Positions 1-12,982 of a DNA stretch of 64,000 nt are shown piece by piece. Each line of letters opens with the position of its first letter. Position 1 is the stretch's first letter. Under the pieces are notes generated by a model, which did not search any database, was not told where the DNA came from, and saw nothing but the letters and a program-made list of their open reading frames with translations. This stretch comes from Marsupella aquatica (Eukaryota > Plantae > Marchantiophyta). A program made the translations under genes and the position numbers. The stretch spans positions 25,667,899-25,731,898 of the forward strand of contig OZ316891.1 in assembly GCA_973895155.1 (NCBI GenBank), written 5' to 3'.

Positions 1-83
1 CTCAACACACACTGCACGGAGAAATTAGAGAGACATGCCGTTCCGCCAGTACGAACATATTGTGGAAAAGATGAGAATCTCAC

Positions 84-1630
84 AACTTCAGGCAACGCGA
101 GTTTTTACAGTTGCACTGCTTGCACTTCTTTGTCGGAGTCCCACCACCATCCTTCGATTCAAATACAGACCTGGGCCTTGGTCCAGGAGCTCTAGGTGAA
201 CCATGGTTTTTCCTACAAAATCACAATTAAATGCCTGTTTTCAATTCACAATAAAAATTTCCAGAACTTGCAGATCATTACAGGCATGGTCAAGGAGCCG
301 TAGAGACACGATGCACGACAGCTATCCCATCAGCGGCCCCCTAAGTAGGAAGGCCAGGTTCGAACCCTTACTGTTTAGACTAAAGGTCATGGTGCTCTTT
401 GTTTACCTTCAACAATTCCTTCCATCGTGTGCCTTTGCAATGATTGATAAAAAAGGAAAGCATCCTTTTTTACTTATGCGTAAGTGTACGAGATTGATCA
501 TCCTCATTTGCGCAGCACATAGATAAACTAGTAAACCGTAGCAGACAACCAAAACTGTTACCAGTTAAGCATCCCTCTAGACACTGCCTCTCCAGCTGGA
601 TGGAACCCGGTCTCAGAAAACTACATGGACACCACTGGAAACTGCCATACTGATGATCCTGAGCACCTGCTAGGTAGCAACTATTGGACATTGAGGGGTG
701 TTTCAAGACCCTCACTTGCGCTGACTGTAAGAACTCAAAGCAATGATGCGGGACCCATGATGTTCTGGACCCTGATTCTTTAGGACATCTAATGCAGCAG
801 TCAGAAGGGTGGACTGAAATCCGTCAATTGCAAATGGATCCACAAGCTCAGACGGACTAGACCGTTGACTTGCGGCAATGACAATACTTTCAGGGCCACA
901 GTGTATGATACCGGGAATAACACCAGGTAGAAGGAGTTTCCAACACCGGACTTGTCACTGGACTGGCAAGTATGGGTGGGTATTCACACAACTAATTCGT
1001 AAAAGGAACTCTTCCGACTATCACACGACAAGGAAAAGATAGCGGCAACTCAGTGGACATGATCAGCCACGGCTTCAACTCTGATTCCTAATTCCTCTAC
1101 ATTTGGGCTAAGCTTGCCTTTGGAGACGGCAAGTATACCACTGCTACTGCACATGCAATCTACATTCAATCTACAAGATTACCACCTTCCATTCAAGCAG
1201 AGAGTGATATTCTGAACCGATGGGTGGACTTCCTACTGCACTCGAACAAATAGCCTGCCTTGTTTCATAATTCCACCTTGACACTCAAAGACAGCGTTGC
1301 TGAAGTATTGATTAGGATACAACAAGAAATAACCAGTGAGTACCTGACAGGCGAGGAGACGGGCGAAGCGGGCCGCGGATTGTACAAGTTGCTCTGCTGA
1401 GAGCGCATAGATGTCTCAGAAGAGGTGGAGGCATTCCCATACATGTAGGTGAAGTCAAGTTGCCTCACAGGCTTTCGCATGGGCTGGTCTCCACCTCCCT
1501 GCTGCGGCGGCGGCCCCGCCCCCCCGGCAAAGCTCATGGAGACTGGTGGTGCCAGAGAGAGGGAAGGCACGGACTGTAACGGATCCATTGCTCCAGCAGT
1601 TGTCTTCATGAGGCCCCGCACTTGATTCAT
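84..1630 (-). CDS. TSO1/tesmin-like CXC-domain protein (LIN54/DREAM component), first two visible coding exons (1630-1344, 212-84); continues off the left edge
   Basis: Exon 1 has KPVRQLDFT, typical of plant TCX/TSO1 N-termini. GT donor at 1343 and AG acceptor at 213 are phase-compatible. Exon 2 translates to ...TPTKKCKQCNCKNSRCLKL, the start of the CXC domain, then a GTGAG donor. Confidence 0.9.
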
Positions 1631-4039
1631 AAGAAGTAGGCTTCACGGTAGATGATTAAATCCTCCACTGGCGAGAGCAAATGACACCAGCAGCTTCCCA
1701 ACGTCTACACTGCGGATCATTGCGAGACTGAATGGCCTCACCCACCCCCAGCAAGACTGCTTGAAATGGAATTCCAGCCGCAATTGCTCAGACAGAGTTT
1801 GTGTTTCCCCTCCCTATTACCCAAAGACGCTAAACTCCGTCATCCGCCCGGGAGCTCTTACAGTGACATAGGGCGCCAAGCCTCCACATCAACCCCCACT
1901 CGGAATAATGCACAGTAGCAAAACACGTCCCTCTTCTTCGTATGCCTCGATTCTTACCTGTCTGTTCGCATAATTCTCCGTCCTCACTCATTGCTTGTCA
2001 CGGAGCTCACAAAAACATCAACATCAATACACATCCACTTCTTTCTTCCTGATTATTCTCGCTCGGAGAGCTCCATTTCCACTCCCTCTTTCGTGCTTCC
2101 TGCCTTATCTCCCTTCATCAATTCCGCCCATCTCATTTGAAGTGTCTGTCCTTGTGGCCCTTTCTCCCCCTTGCGCTTAACAAACAATTCTGCAGTCCAG
2201 TCAACTCTTTCCTCCTCCTTTCGCTCCAGCAATTCCTTACAGTACTTCTTGTTTGACTTCCACTCTCCTCGCTGATAACATGCTCCAAACCATCTCTCTC
2301 GTAGATCTCCGGAACTTTACGCCTGTTCTCTTGCGATGCCTCCCCCGAATCCCGCTGCTTCGTTCAAATCCCTCCCGTCTAGTCAGGTCAGGTCATTTTC
2401 ACTCACGTATGCTCCACCTTTCGCCGCAAATCCGCCAGTCTCCGCAGCTCTATATCTTTCCTGCCATTCCCTTTGGCCACTTCTGCCTCCCCGGACCTAT
2501 TCCTCCTACTTCCCTCTGATCACACCACCACACAATGCTCCAATTTCTCTGCTCTGTCGGTCCGCAGATCCAACTGTTACAGGACGATGATCTCCCCCTT
2601 CACCTTCCTTGAGCAATAATTCTCCCGTTGCCCTCCTCTGTGGCTACTCCTCCTTCTTACCATTACCATTACGACTCCCCGCGAGGTGGTCTACACACAG
2701 GGAACCGGATAAACAGACAGATGACCAGCACGAGACGAATACATCACAGAACGTTTCCAATTCCGCTCCTCCTCTCTTCTTTTCTCCTCCTTCCGAGTCA
2801 ACCAATTTCTATCTCCCGTTCGTTAGTTACTCTCGTCGATCTTCACACTCCGCAATAATGTCATCGACCTCCTCCTCCTCCTCCTCTCCTCTCTGCACAG
2901 AAAAAACAGCCCTTCTTTCGCTTTCTCTCCCCTACGACACTAGTCCCCTCCTCCGCCTCCCCTCACTTGCGGTCTTCCGATTCAATTTCTCGTCCTCTTC
3001 TTTTCCTGTGTCCGTATCCACGACGGTACATCACATTCCATACACGAGACAAAAACGAAGAGAGCGCCGAAGGATATGAAAACACGAAACCAACGGAAAC
3101 CAAAGCAAAAGAGAAGAAGAAGAAGAGAGAAAAGTGTGACGTTTACTACTAGTGTATCCGAAGAAGGGTTTTCGAAAGCAATGAATTAGGCGACATCGAT
3201 TTGACACCGTCGCATCTTCCCTCTTCAATCGACGGCAACGGCGCCAACAGCGACGGTGACCAATGCCTCCAATAATTCCACCGTCCACACAGACTTGCAA
3301 GACAGCAGTTAACGCCGTCGATGAAACGAACTGTGGTGCAGGCCCGTCGCCGTCGCCTCGGAACACCAAGCCATACAAATCCACTCGCCTTCTGTCTCCT
3401 GCCGTTTTAAATTTTAAACTTAACGAGGATTTGAATTTAAGTTTTTGCCGGGGATTGAGGACCTCTCACGACTGGGCTTGGCCTACCCCTGATGGACGGA
3501 GATGAGTGGACCGGACGGAACGTACCCACCGACTAACGGAAGGATGGACGGAACAGGACGGACGACCACCGAGAACTTTGATTCTGCGTGCGTACATTTC
3601 GAATGTCTGACGAGGCCAGCGCGCCGTCGATAGAAAGAATCGGACGTTTCAGATAGGACGAGACTCAGAATAGAAATCGCTCCGAAACGAATTTGGCCGG
3701 GCTAATTAACCCGGGTGAAACATAAGTTTGAAATGAGTATTAAATAAGTAGATTTGAATTCATGCACTCGTTGCCGTCGATCGGTTTCATCCACGGGCCT
3801 TGTTGAACACGGTGTCTGATTAGGGGAACTAATGATGACTCATCCCGTAATTCTCGACACTCTCTTGTATCATTATCTTTGCTTAATTGAATTTCCTTTC
3901 TTTAGAAGAAGAAGTCAAGATGGACCTCCACTTGGATGGACTTGCCAGGTTGTTGAAATAGACTTGGATAGTTTTGCTTACACTTAGGTTCAAAAAATGA
4001 CCTGTAAGTGCTCTTTGTGCCATAATTATGCAGATTATG

Positions 4040-4500
4040 AGCCTATGCCCGTGCATTGCACAGTGCAACAAGGAGGGCCGGCCCATAGGGAGTTGGGCAA
4101 GGGGGAAGGCACATATGTGGCAAGGGTGCACATTTTCTCCATCAATGGTCAGGGAAAATAGTCAATCAAATCCAATGGCTGTGGATCTTTTCCACCCATG
4201 AACTTTTTGTATTGGGACGAAGGACAAAAAAATATGAGATCCCTTATTATAGTTGTAGATAGTCTGATGCCCATGCGTTGCACGAAATATTTTGAGGAGA
4301 GAGCAGGATGTCAATGAGAGAAGAGATGTTGAGTATGACCGAAAGATATTGTAGTAAGATAAAGATGTCAAGGTGAGCAAAAGGTAAGATATCAAGTTTG
4401 TTGAGGAAAAGATGTCAAGCCAGGTGAGAAAAAGATCTCAAGTAGAGAAAAAATGGTGAGATGAGATAAAGATGTCAAGGTAAAGTTGTTGTGGTGATGT
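4040..4500 (-). mobile_element. Two head-to-tail non-autonomous Helitron-like units
   Basis: 3' hairpins (ccgtgcattgcac ~4048; ccatgcgttgcacg ~4271), 5' terminus TCTACAACTATAATAAGGG starting at 4259 on the minus strand, and internal GAAAAGATGTCAAGG repeats. Confidence 0.65.
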
Positions 4501-5043
4501 TTAATAACCTGTGCGTTGAATTGGAGATGCAAGATAACAACCACTGCATCTATTCAACCCAAGTTTACTCTTTTCTCCTAAAATTTTTATTCTTTTACCC
4601 AAATTTGCTGGACCTCCTATTTTCCCCCTCTCTCCCATCCTCTCCGTTTTTATTCCTTGCTTTCCCCCTCTCCCCCTCCTAGTGCCTTGTACTTTCTCCT
4701 CCCCCTTTTTTCTTCCCTTTAACACCATTGAAAAGATTAAAAACTAAGTTCAAAAATGGGAAGAAAAGACAATTAACCTCCAAAAAATTAAATATCCCTT
4801 TTAAGATTAAAAGCCAAAATAATTCTCTTAGTGCTCACTCCCTGCCAAAAACCATTATCTCAATTCAATGTATTTTCAATTTTAATGCTTCATGCCATAA
4901 ATAATCTACTTCCACTTTAATGCTCCGTGCAAAACAAGTACAATAAGCTTGCTACAAAATAATTATAGTAACACATTCAAGTACTCTATGACATAGTATA
5001 CCTACCTCATAATATATCATGTAACTAATCTTAGCTACCCATC

Positions 5044-5668
5044 CCCGGTTTTCACTGTCGGACAAAATGTGTCCTTGTCCGACACGACAAATGACAACTT
5101 GTCCGTCCAAAAATGGCCTATTTGTCCAATATTCCCTTATATCCCCCGGCCGGGACCAAAAATTCCCGACCCACCCCCGGCCCGGTCCCGAACTCTCCCG
5201 ACCCCTCTCGGCCCGGTCCCAGACTCCTCCTAACCCTCCCGGCCCAACCCGGCTCTCCCCCCCCTTCCCGGCCCGACCCCCCTCCCCTTCCCGGCCCAAC
5301 ACGGCTCTCCCCCCCCCCTTCCCGGCCCGACCCCCCCCCTCCCGGCCCAACCCGGCTCTCCCCCCCCCCCTTCCCGGCCCGACCCCCCTCCCCTTGCCGG
5401 CCCAACCCGGCTCTCCCCCCCCTTCCCGGCCCAACCCCCCTCCCCTTCCCGGCCCAACCCGGCTCTCCCCTCCCGGCCCGACTCCCGGCTGGCTGGCCGG
5501 CCGGCCCGACCCCCCCCCCCGGCCCAACCCGGCCAACCCCCGACCCTTCTCCCGGCCCGGCTTCACATCCTCCCGGCCCGACCCTGTCACCCGGCCGGGA
5601 TCAACCGGGATGACATATGTCATTTGTCGTCCCAAATCCTCCTATTTGTCCGACAAGTCCAAACCGGG
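5044..5668. mobile_element. Non-autonomous TIR DNA transposon (hAT-like MITE) with a C-rich internal minisatellite
   Basis: TIRs CCCGGTTT..TGTCGGACAAA at both ends, perfect 8-bp TSD TACCCATC (5036-5043, 5669-5676), and internal CCCGGCCC(G/A)ACCC repeats. The Pro/Gly-rich ORFs here are repeat artefacts. Confidence 0.85.
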
Positions 5669-6948
5669 TACCCATCTCACTCCATCCAAGAGTCTTAAAT
5701 AATTCTAGAAAATATCTGATGGCTGAGCATTGTTCCCTTCTTTTTTCATTTTTGTAACAGGATGATGGACCAAAAGTGGCCGGATTTGTTATTATAGTAA
5801 TAGATAGATGTAAAGTACATTATTGAACAAGTCTCCCGAAAAGTCTCCATGGTGGCTTGATTGCTCAACACCCTTGAACCTGAAAGATATCAAGACATCA
5901 TGCCACTAGACGGGAACACTGGTTTTGGGTGTTGACTCATGTGAAGTTCTTTTGAATCTTTATGTGAAGCAAGATTACAGGTCTAGGTAGAGACTCTTGC
6001 AAATTTATAAATTCATTTAAAATTACATGTCATTAATTAATTTATATCCGTTGGATTTTACTTATCAATAGTGGAGATTGTGCAATGCGCCTTATCACTC
6101 GTGTGACGATTGAATATACAAAATGGGGGTCAATGTAGGAAATAAAATAGTTTTGGGGATAGGATGATAATAACAGTTAATTTGGGGGACACATTAGTAT
6201 AGCATGATTTCCTTTGTATATAGTAAAGGTCTAGATAAAGCCCACCAAGAGGCCTGCCCAAGATGATTTTCTGGGAATTTGCCCTCATGCAAGGCCTCTA
6301 TATTGCGTAAACTACCAGTGTGCACATTGCAACATCCAACAAACACACAAGAGTTTCTTGTGCATTTACGTGGGCCAAGTCTCCACAGACTAAGCTCTTT
6401 CTATCTTTCAACTGGTGCCATAATAATTGACCTAAGTTCCATTCACTAACTAATTCCTCCTAATGAATATAATAGTAGCACATCTAACCTTAACCAAGCA
6501 TGCACCTGACTTGGATCAACTAACTATGGTTACATATTAACTTTAGACCTAAAAGTAACGCCTTAGAGTAACACTTTAGGGTGCTTAAGCACAACTCATA
6601 TTTTTCTTTTCTTTTTTAAGGTTTAGTAAGTGGAGATCTCTTAGGGCATTCACACATATGCTCAGACCATTACACCAGATAATTGCATGGCAAGTAAATC
6701 TCATGAAGCCATGTTACATTTGGAAGTGTTGTCTACTTGAACAAAGGAAGAATTAACTCTTCATCACATCTTCTTTGTTTTTTGTTGCTCTTCAAAAGCT
6801 CTGAAGTCCCTCCATTGATTGAGTGATTTGGAGAAAGAGCATGTGAAAAAGACATATGCAACAGTTAGAACCAAAATCAATCAAGAATAGGATTTCTTTT
6901 CTCCTCAACTACTTCAAGGATTATAAAAAAATTCATTTGTAACTTGTA

Positions 6949-7600
6949 CTAGCCCAATGCCCGTGCATTGCACGAAAGATGTCAAGGTGATAAAAGATGT
7001 TGAGGTGACCAAAAGATGTTGAGGTGATAAAAGATGTCAAGGAGAGAAAAGGTGTCGAGGTGGCAAAAGATGTCAAGGTGATAAAAACATGTCGAGGGCT
7101 GGAGAGAAAAGATGTCGGGGTGAGCAGAAGATGTTCGGGTGTGCAGAAGATGTCGAGGAGAGAAAAGATGTGAGGAGAGAAAAAATGTTGAGATGAGAAA
7201 AAGATTGGACAGATAATATGTCAAGGAGAGCAAAAGATATGAAGGTGAGCAAAAAATGTTGAGGTGATAAAAGATGTCAAGAAGAAAATAAATCAAGGAG
7301 AGAAAAAGGTGTTGAGATGAGATAAAGATTTCAAGGAGAGAAAATATTTTTGAAGAGAGAAAAGATGTCCACGTGAGCAAAAGATGTGGAGGAGATAAAA
7401 ACATTTTGAGATAAGAAAAATAATGTTGAGGCAACGCAAAGATGTCAAGACAAGAGAAGGCAAAAATATTGAGGCCAGTTTAGATGTACATTGCATCATT
7501 TTGAGGCAAAGATGTTGGGGTGAGGTGAACATGTTGAGGCAAGGCAAAGAAATTAATGCAAAAAATTTGTTCGAGGACCCCTGTCTATTATGTGTTTGTA
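6949..7600 (-). mobile_element. Non-autonomous Helitron (3' end plus a ~19-20 bp internal tandem array)
   Basis: Minus strand ends CGTGCAATGCACGGGCATTGGGCTAG|T (hairpin plus CTAG). About 25-30 copies of an AAAAGATGT(C/T)(A/G)AGG-type unit. The 5' boundary is approximate. Confidence 0.75.
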
Positions 7601-9702
7601 CTTTTAATAGATATTGAGATTGAAAAGTAGTGAGATATGTGTTGGGCAATGTGTGATGTTGATATATGTGTTATATAATGTGTGATGCTGAAGATGTTTT
7701 TATTACTAGTTGATTTTTTTGCATGATACATTATAGTGTTCTTTTGTGACGACGCACTAGGACTTCCAGGATCCTATTGATTAAGCTTTAATTGACGGTC
7801 AAGATAATTACTGTTTGACAAAACAATTCAAATAGATAGACAAGGTGCTTTTCTATGAGAAACTAATTACTGGGTCAAGCGTGCCTCGATTTCACTAGCA
7901 ACACAAGGGGTCTCAACCTATGCTACAAGCCAAGACATTGGCCCCGGAGTCCTGGAAATTAAGAAACCCTCATTGGGTCCAGACATCAGACAAAATGCCC
8001 AGACATCAGACAAATGGTCCAAGAACCTCAAAGAGGACATCGATAGTGAGCCTCATATACTACACAGGTGAGCGACACTATGAAATCTTGGGTAAACAAT
8101 CTGACAGCCGATCGATTCATGTGTTGGTCAAGAAGAAGACACTATCAGTGATGATCTGGGCAGGAAGGCCCACCACAAAGTAGAGAAGCTTACGAAAAGT
8201 ATGGTCCTCATTGCTGCCTGGCCTTGGAGGTAAGATTGCCACAAAAACTCCTCAAAAACGTTTCTACTGAACATCTCGAGCAACAGTTTTACCAGCAATT
8301 TTGTTCATTGTATCGTGAGAGAAATTAGATCTCATGATTTGTTGGTATGATGGTCCAAAATTTTCACTTATAAACTCATAACCTGGTCCATCTACCTAAA
8401 CTTCCACACCCATGTCACTTTCAATTCTCGTATGGCTGATAATAGTGCAGGCCATCTTCCAATCTTTTTTCCAAACGCTTCCCCCTGATGCCAATCTTGC
8501 ATTCAATCCATTCAGCTTTAGGTGATCTGTTTATAATCAGTTGCTGTGAAGAGTGCTTTGGGCTCAGCACGCATCAGCATGTAGCTCACTAGTCAGATTG
8601 ACCACTACCACTATTGACACAATCAGCGGCTCGGCCGTGTGTGCTACGAGAATTGATTTGTAATGACGGTTTTTGCCTGCAAAGAGCAGTTGGAGAGGGA
8701 TCGAGACTTGTGGGCTTAGATCGACGAGGAGGAGGCGTCAGGACTCACGTTTTTACGAAGAGCGATCTTAATTGATCGAGAAATGATGCCATCAAAAGTT
8801 GGTAAGTTTGGATGTCTACTATCCCTAGAGGTTGGTTGGTTTGTTCCTTACTTTGATCTGCTAGATTTGTCAAGAACCCCATTCGTTTAGGATTTTGATG
8901 TATCTAAAATGGTAACTAATACGGTTATGTCACATAAAATTTGAGATAAAATTAGGTTATATTTTACGTTATGTCACATAAAATTACGTTATGTTTTATG
9001 GCATGGCGCTCTCATTTTTACCAATAACTTGCCACAAACACAAAATGAGTAGTTATTTTTATTTGGAAACAAACTTGTTCTTGTTTGTAGCATGCCATGA
9101 TGACATGGCGCACTATGGAGTCTCAAATTTTTGAAGGGACCTCTAATGGGGTCCATAAATACAAGTGAGCCAAATAAATGTAGACAATGCAAAGAAATGC
9201 AAGCGAGGTGCAAGAAAGTTGTTAGAGATCTTTAATATTGTTGCGATCATGTTCTCACCCGTGTTCTCATTATGGCAATGCAGTCACTCTAGTCATGAGG
9301 GTGTTGCAGGTATGCCAGCCATTCTTGCGACCATGTTGTTGCCAAGCCCAATGCCAAAGCATTGCATAGATACATTGAGGTAAGGTAAAAAATTGTTGAT
9401 TCAAGGTTGGGGTTTTTAGGTGAATCAACTGAACATATTAGATTTGCCATAATTCTTTTGCCCATTTCATGTGAAAAGTGTTTTCAATGTGCGATCATGT
9501 TCAAAAATAGCGCATACAATTATGCAATTCATGTCAACACAAAAATATGGGATAAGGTTCAAATAAGCGGTGAGCTACAATCATGGGCAAGAGTTGTCTA
9601 GGGAAGAAATATTTATTGTCAATGATACAAAAGATGGAACAAAAGCGTTGGGGACAAAAGATGCAAATGGGGGCAAAGAGTTGGGCTCCTAACTGGGGAA
9701 AG

Positions 9703-9949
9703 TGTAAGAAATTATCAGCTCAGACCAGACAACAAATGTGAAACATGAGAGAGACACTCGATCACACGCTACACTAAACAAACACCGCGAGTGGAAAAAC
9801 TCCTAAGTATCAATAACATATGAGAATGCATGTGAAGAATGAGATACGTGGGACTAAATAAGTGTATCTTATTGTAATCTAACCAAGGGTCAACTAACCA
9901 TAGTAAAATCAAACTAACTAAAGCCAGGAACTCAATTCAATTCCTGACA
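9703..9949. mobile_element. Candidate solo LTR (247 bp)
   Basis: TG...CA termini with an 11-bp imperfect inverted repeat (TGTAAGAAATT / AATTCCTGACA). Flanks gaaag/gaaga are only an imperfect TSD. Confidence 0.45.
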
Positions 9950-10000
9950 GAAGAGCGAGGGCAAAAGCGAGACTATAGAGATGAGGGGGCATTTCAAGGA

Positions 10001-10570
10001 AGACAAGTCTTGTGGAGAAAGAATGTTGGGAACTTGATCTTATTGGCCTTCATTAAAGATGCATTTAAAGAAAAGAATGTTGGAGGTTTAGATGGAATAA
10101 CAAAGTTTGGGACCATTTTCTACAAAAGTAAAACAAATATTAAATAGAATAAAAACAGACAAGTCTTGTGGAGAAAGAATGTTGGGAACTTGATATTCTT
10201 GGCCTTCATTAATATTAAAGATGCTTTCTTTGAAAAGTTCACTTCCACAAAAATGATATATTACATGCGACGAAGGATAGGGTCATTTTATAAGTTCTAA
10301 AGGAAGACTTAAGAATTTTTGTAGAAGAACAATATGGTCTTTTAAATTCAATTTTGAGACTTATAAGAACATTAGAATCTTTTTAATCCAATTTTTAGAA
10401 TATTCTAGCTTTATAGGGTTAAAAAATAATTTTTTTCTTACATTTTAGGGGTCCAAGGCCTAAAAAAGTCGTAGGTGATGGGGAGGTCCCCATATAGTGA
10501 GACCCTTGAGGATGGAATAATGAAGTTTGGGACCATTTTTCTACAAAAGTAAAACAAATATTAAACAGAA
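10001..10570. repeat. Degenerate dispersed repeat with local duplications; same family as the insertion at 62171-62847
   Basis: AGACAAGTCTTGTGGAGAAAGAATGTTGGGAACTTGAT at 10001 and ~10157. GATGGAATAA..AAGTTTGGGACCATTTT..CTACAAAAGTAAAAC at ~10091 and ~10511. CACTTCCAC...GCGACGAAG..TAGG...GGAAGACTT and CCATATAGTGA blocks are shared with 62200-62520. Confidence 0.6.
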
Positions 10571-11348
10571 TAAAAAAATGTAAAAGCAGTTGTATTCACT
10601 TTTGCATTTTTATTTAATTTTGGAAATGATGTTGTTATGGTTGTGAAAGCTATGTTGTTGGCGAGAGCTATGATGTGGGAGAGTGAGAGGGAGAGCAAGT
10701 GAGGTGATGACCCTCGGGTGCCGTGTGGTCGCACAATACTATTGGGAGGGGAACATTGAAAAATTTTCTCCTACCCTTTTTCCTATTTCTTCCTGCTATG
10801 CCACTCCATTCCCCCCCCCCTTTTCTTACCTTGGCACCATTAAATAAACCTGCAGGCCTCTATTTCTTTCCTCTATTTATTAATACAACCTGTTCCATAA
10901 ATTCTTTGGTTCTTGCTTCTTTCCTGGTGTGGGTCTCCACCGGTTTTTTAGGGTTCTTTCTTGGGTGCAGACCCCTTTTTGTGGGCCACCCGTGTTGTAT
11001 GCTGGCTTTATGAAATTCATTGGGTTTTGAATAGAGGCGAAATTAGTTTAAGGACCCCTTGGTTATGTAAGTTTGATGTTACTCAACAACTATGTTAGAA
11101 CACATGAAGAGTTGCATATTGGAATAAGTTTGAATATGGAGATGAGAGGAAAAGACAAGTAGAATATCATGGACTAAGTGCATGCACAAAGTTCCCTTGG
11201 TACTCCTATGTCCATAAAGTCCATGCAAAATGCTACAAAAGCCAAAGGGTTTCTTCATTATATTTTTTTGGTATTCTTTTATCCATAGTAGTCAAAGGGT
11301 TTCTTATGTTCCCTTGGTCTTCATTTTTCCATAGTAACCAAATGGTTT

Positions 11349-11806
11349 CTTACTTTATCTTGGTAAATGTTACCGTAGTTGAAGAGTTTCTTTCTACCCA
11401 TGAATAAGTTATAAGCAGCAATACAACATCCCTACAAAACAAAGAGGCAGGCAAGTGCAGAATCTATATTATTTGTCCATAATTCCCACGAGGACAAAGA
11501 GCACTGGAAATTCTCAGGTACTATCAAAGGGATTCACGAATACGTGAAACACCCGTTCAACTCAATCAAAGTCACATCATGATCATGACTAGTGACAGAT
11601 TCTGGTAACCTTTACATGTTACTCCTGATATAGATATATTTTGGGGGCCAGAATGAATTGCCCAACTCTGTTCTTCCTTTAACCGCAGGCTCGTAAACCT
11701 CGGCGCACAACCACTGCAAGCTACAAACATTTGTGAGGGCTGTAACTATTGTCCTTACTTTATCTTGGTAAATGTTACCGTAGTTGAAGAGTTTCTTTCT
11801 ACCCAT
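11349..11806. repeat. ~54-bp direct duplication
   Basis: CTTACTTTATCTTGGTAAATGTTACCGTAGTTGAAGAGTTTCTTTCTACCCATG occurs at ~11349 and ~11753. Confidence 0.8.
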
Positions 11807-12962
11807 GGATATTCCAAAAATTACTAATTAAATAGAAAAATCATACAATATACTGGAAAACATTGATTTATCAATCACAGCCCATCCAAATGTTAATTTA
11901 TTTTACCCCCCTTTTCACCCTTTCTTTGTTTATTTGAAATGTTATTTTTCAGTTTTGAGTTATTTTTACATAATTTACAAGGTTTAACTATTTTTCTTTG
12001 ACTTGTTTCAAACACACATAGTCTTGTTTCATGTTTTTTGCATAACAAACCATTCTTGGAAAGAACAAATAGTGGTGATGTGACTACACATACTTTGGAT
12101 TTTAGAAGAAACTGCCCATGGGAAAGAAAAATACAATATGCTGCATAAATTGGACTCTTGACCAAGGATATGAGTGACTTTGGGATTGGGAAGTTGTATT
12201 TGATTTCAAATGTCTTTTTTGCGTAGGGACCTGAAAAAAATCATTTTCAAAGACAGGGCCAGTGGACTGTGCTGGGGGAGTACATCCACGTGTACCCATC
12301 GGATCCCATAAAGTACAAGGCTCAGATCTCCAGCATTCCCGGCATCAAGCGTGCGGATGAATCTTTACAGTTTACACTAACAGCTGAAGTCATTGATGCG
12401 CTTATATCGTCCCTAATAAGCTTGCATGTAATTGTCGTGCTCCAAACACGAAATGGCTTGTTTGATGCTGATCCAAATCGTACGTCTTCGAGACTCAAGT
12501 GCGTTACTGTATAAGTTTCTTTGCATTTACTGAGGGCTTTCGGCGGATAGTAACGAAGCGCCGAGTAAACTGCGTCAATATGGTGCTCCAAACACAAATA
12601 GTGCTGTCTACAAAAAATCCAAACAAGGGTAGTTCAGTCTGGGACGACGTCCCGTCCGTTATAAAACTCTTTACATTTACAGAGTAAGTGCGGAACACTT
12701 TCGCGGATAGTAACCTATCATAGGTAAAGTACACATAAAAAACATTGACAGACACGATTTGACTTGTCTGCGTGTATGCCAGACCAGAATGGACCAGTTT
12801 GGGTGGCGCTTAGGGCGGCACTTCCGGTACAGAGGAAGTACAGTACCTTGGCTTAATTCATTAAACGGGAGCGTTGTTGTTATTGCTTTTGCCGTATCCA
12901 CATCCGGGATCCCTCATTACTGGAAACGACACGGAAAGTATCTGTAGGTAAGGGCGCCTGGA

Positions 12963-12982
12963 ACAGGATTCGAACCTGCGCA
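12963..12982 (-). other. Isolated tRNA T-arm / Pol III B-box-like motif
   Basis: Minus strand reads GCGCAGGTTCGAATCCTGT. No D-arm or acceptor stem is recognisable, so it is not a tRNA gene. Confidence 0.35.

Noticed and set aside
4952-5702. Pro-rich (extensin/formin-like) and Gly-rich ORFs
   Set aside because: They are open in several frames only because of the C-rich minisatellite inside a TIR element.
6982-7649. Hydrophobic Leu/Phe-rich ORFs (also 39232-39813)
   Set aside because: They are translations of the Helitron-associated tandem repeat.
12963-12982. tRNA gene
   Set aside because: Only the T-arm is present.
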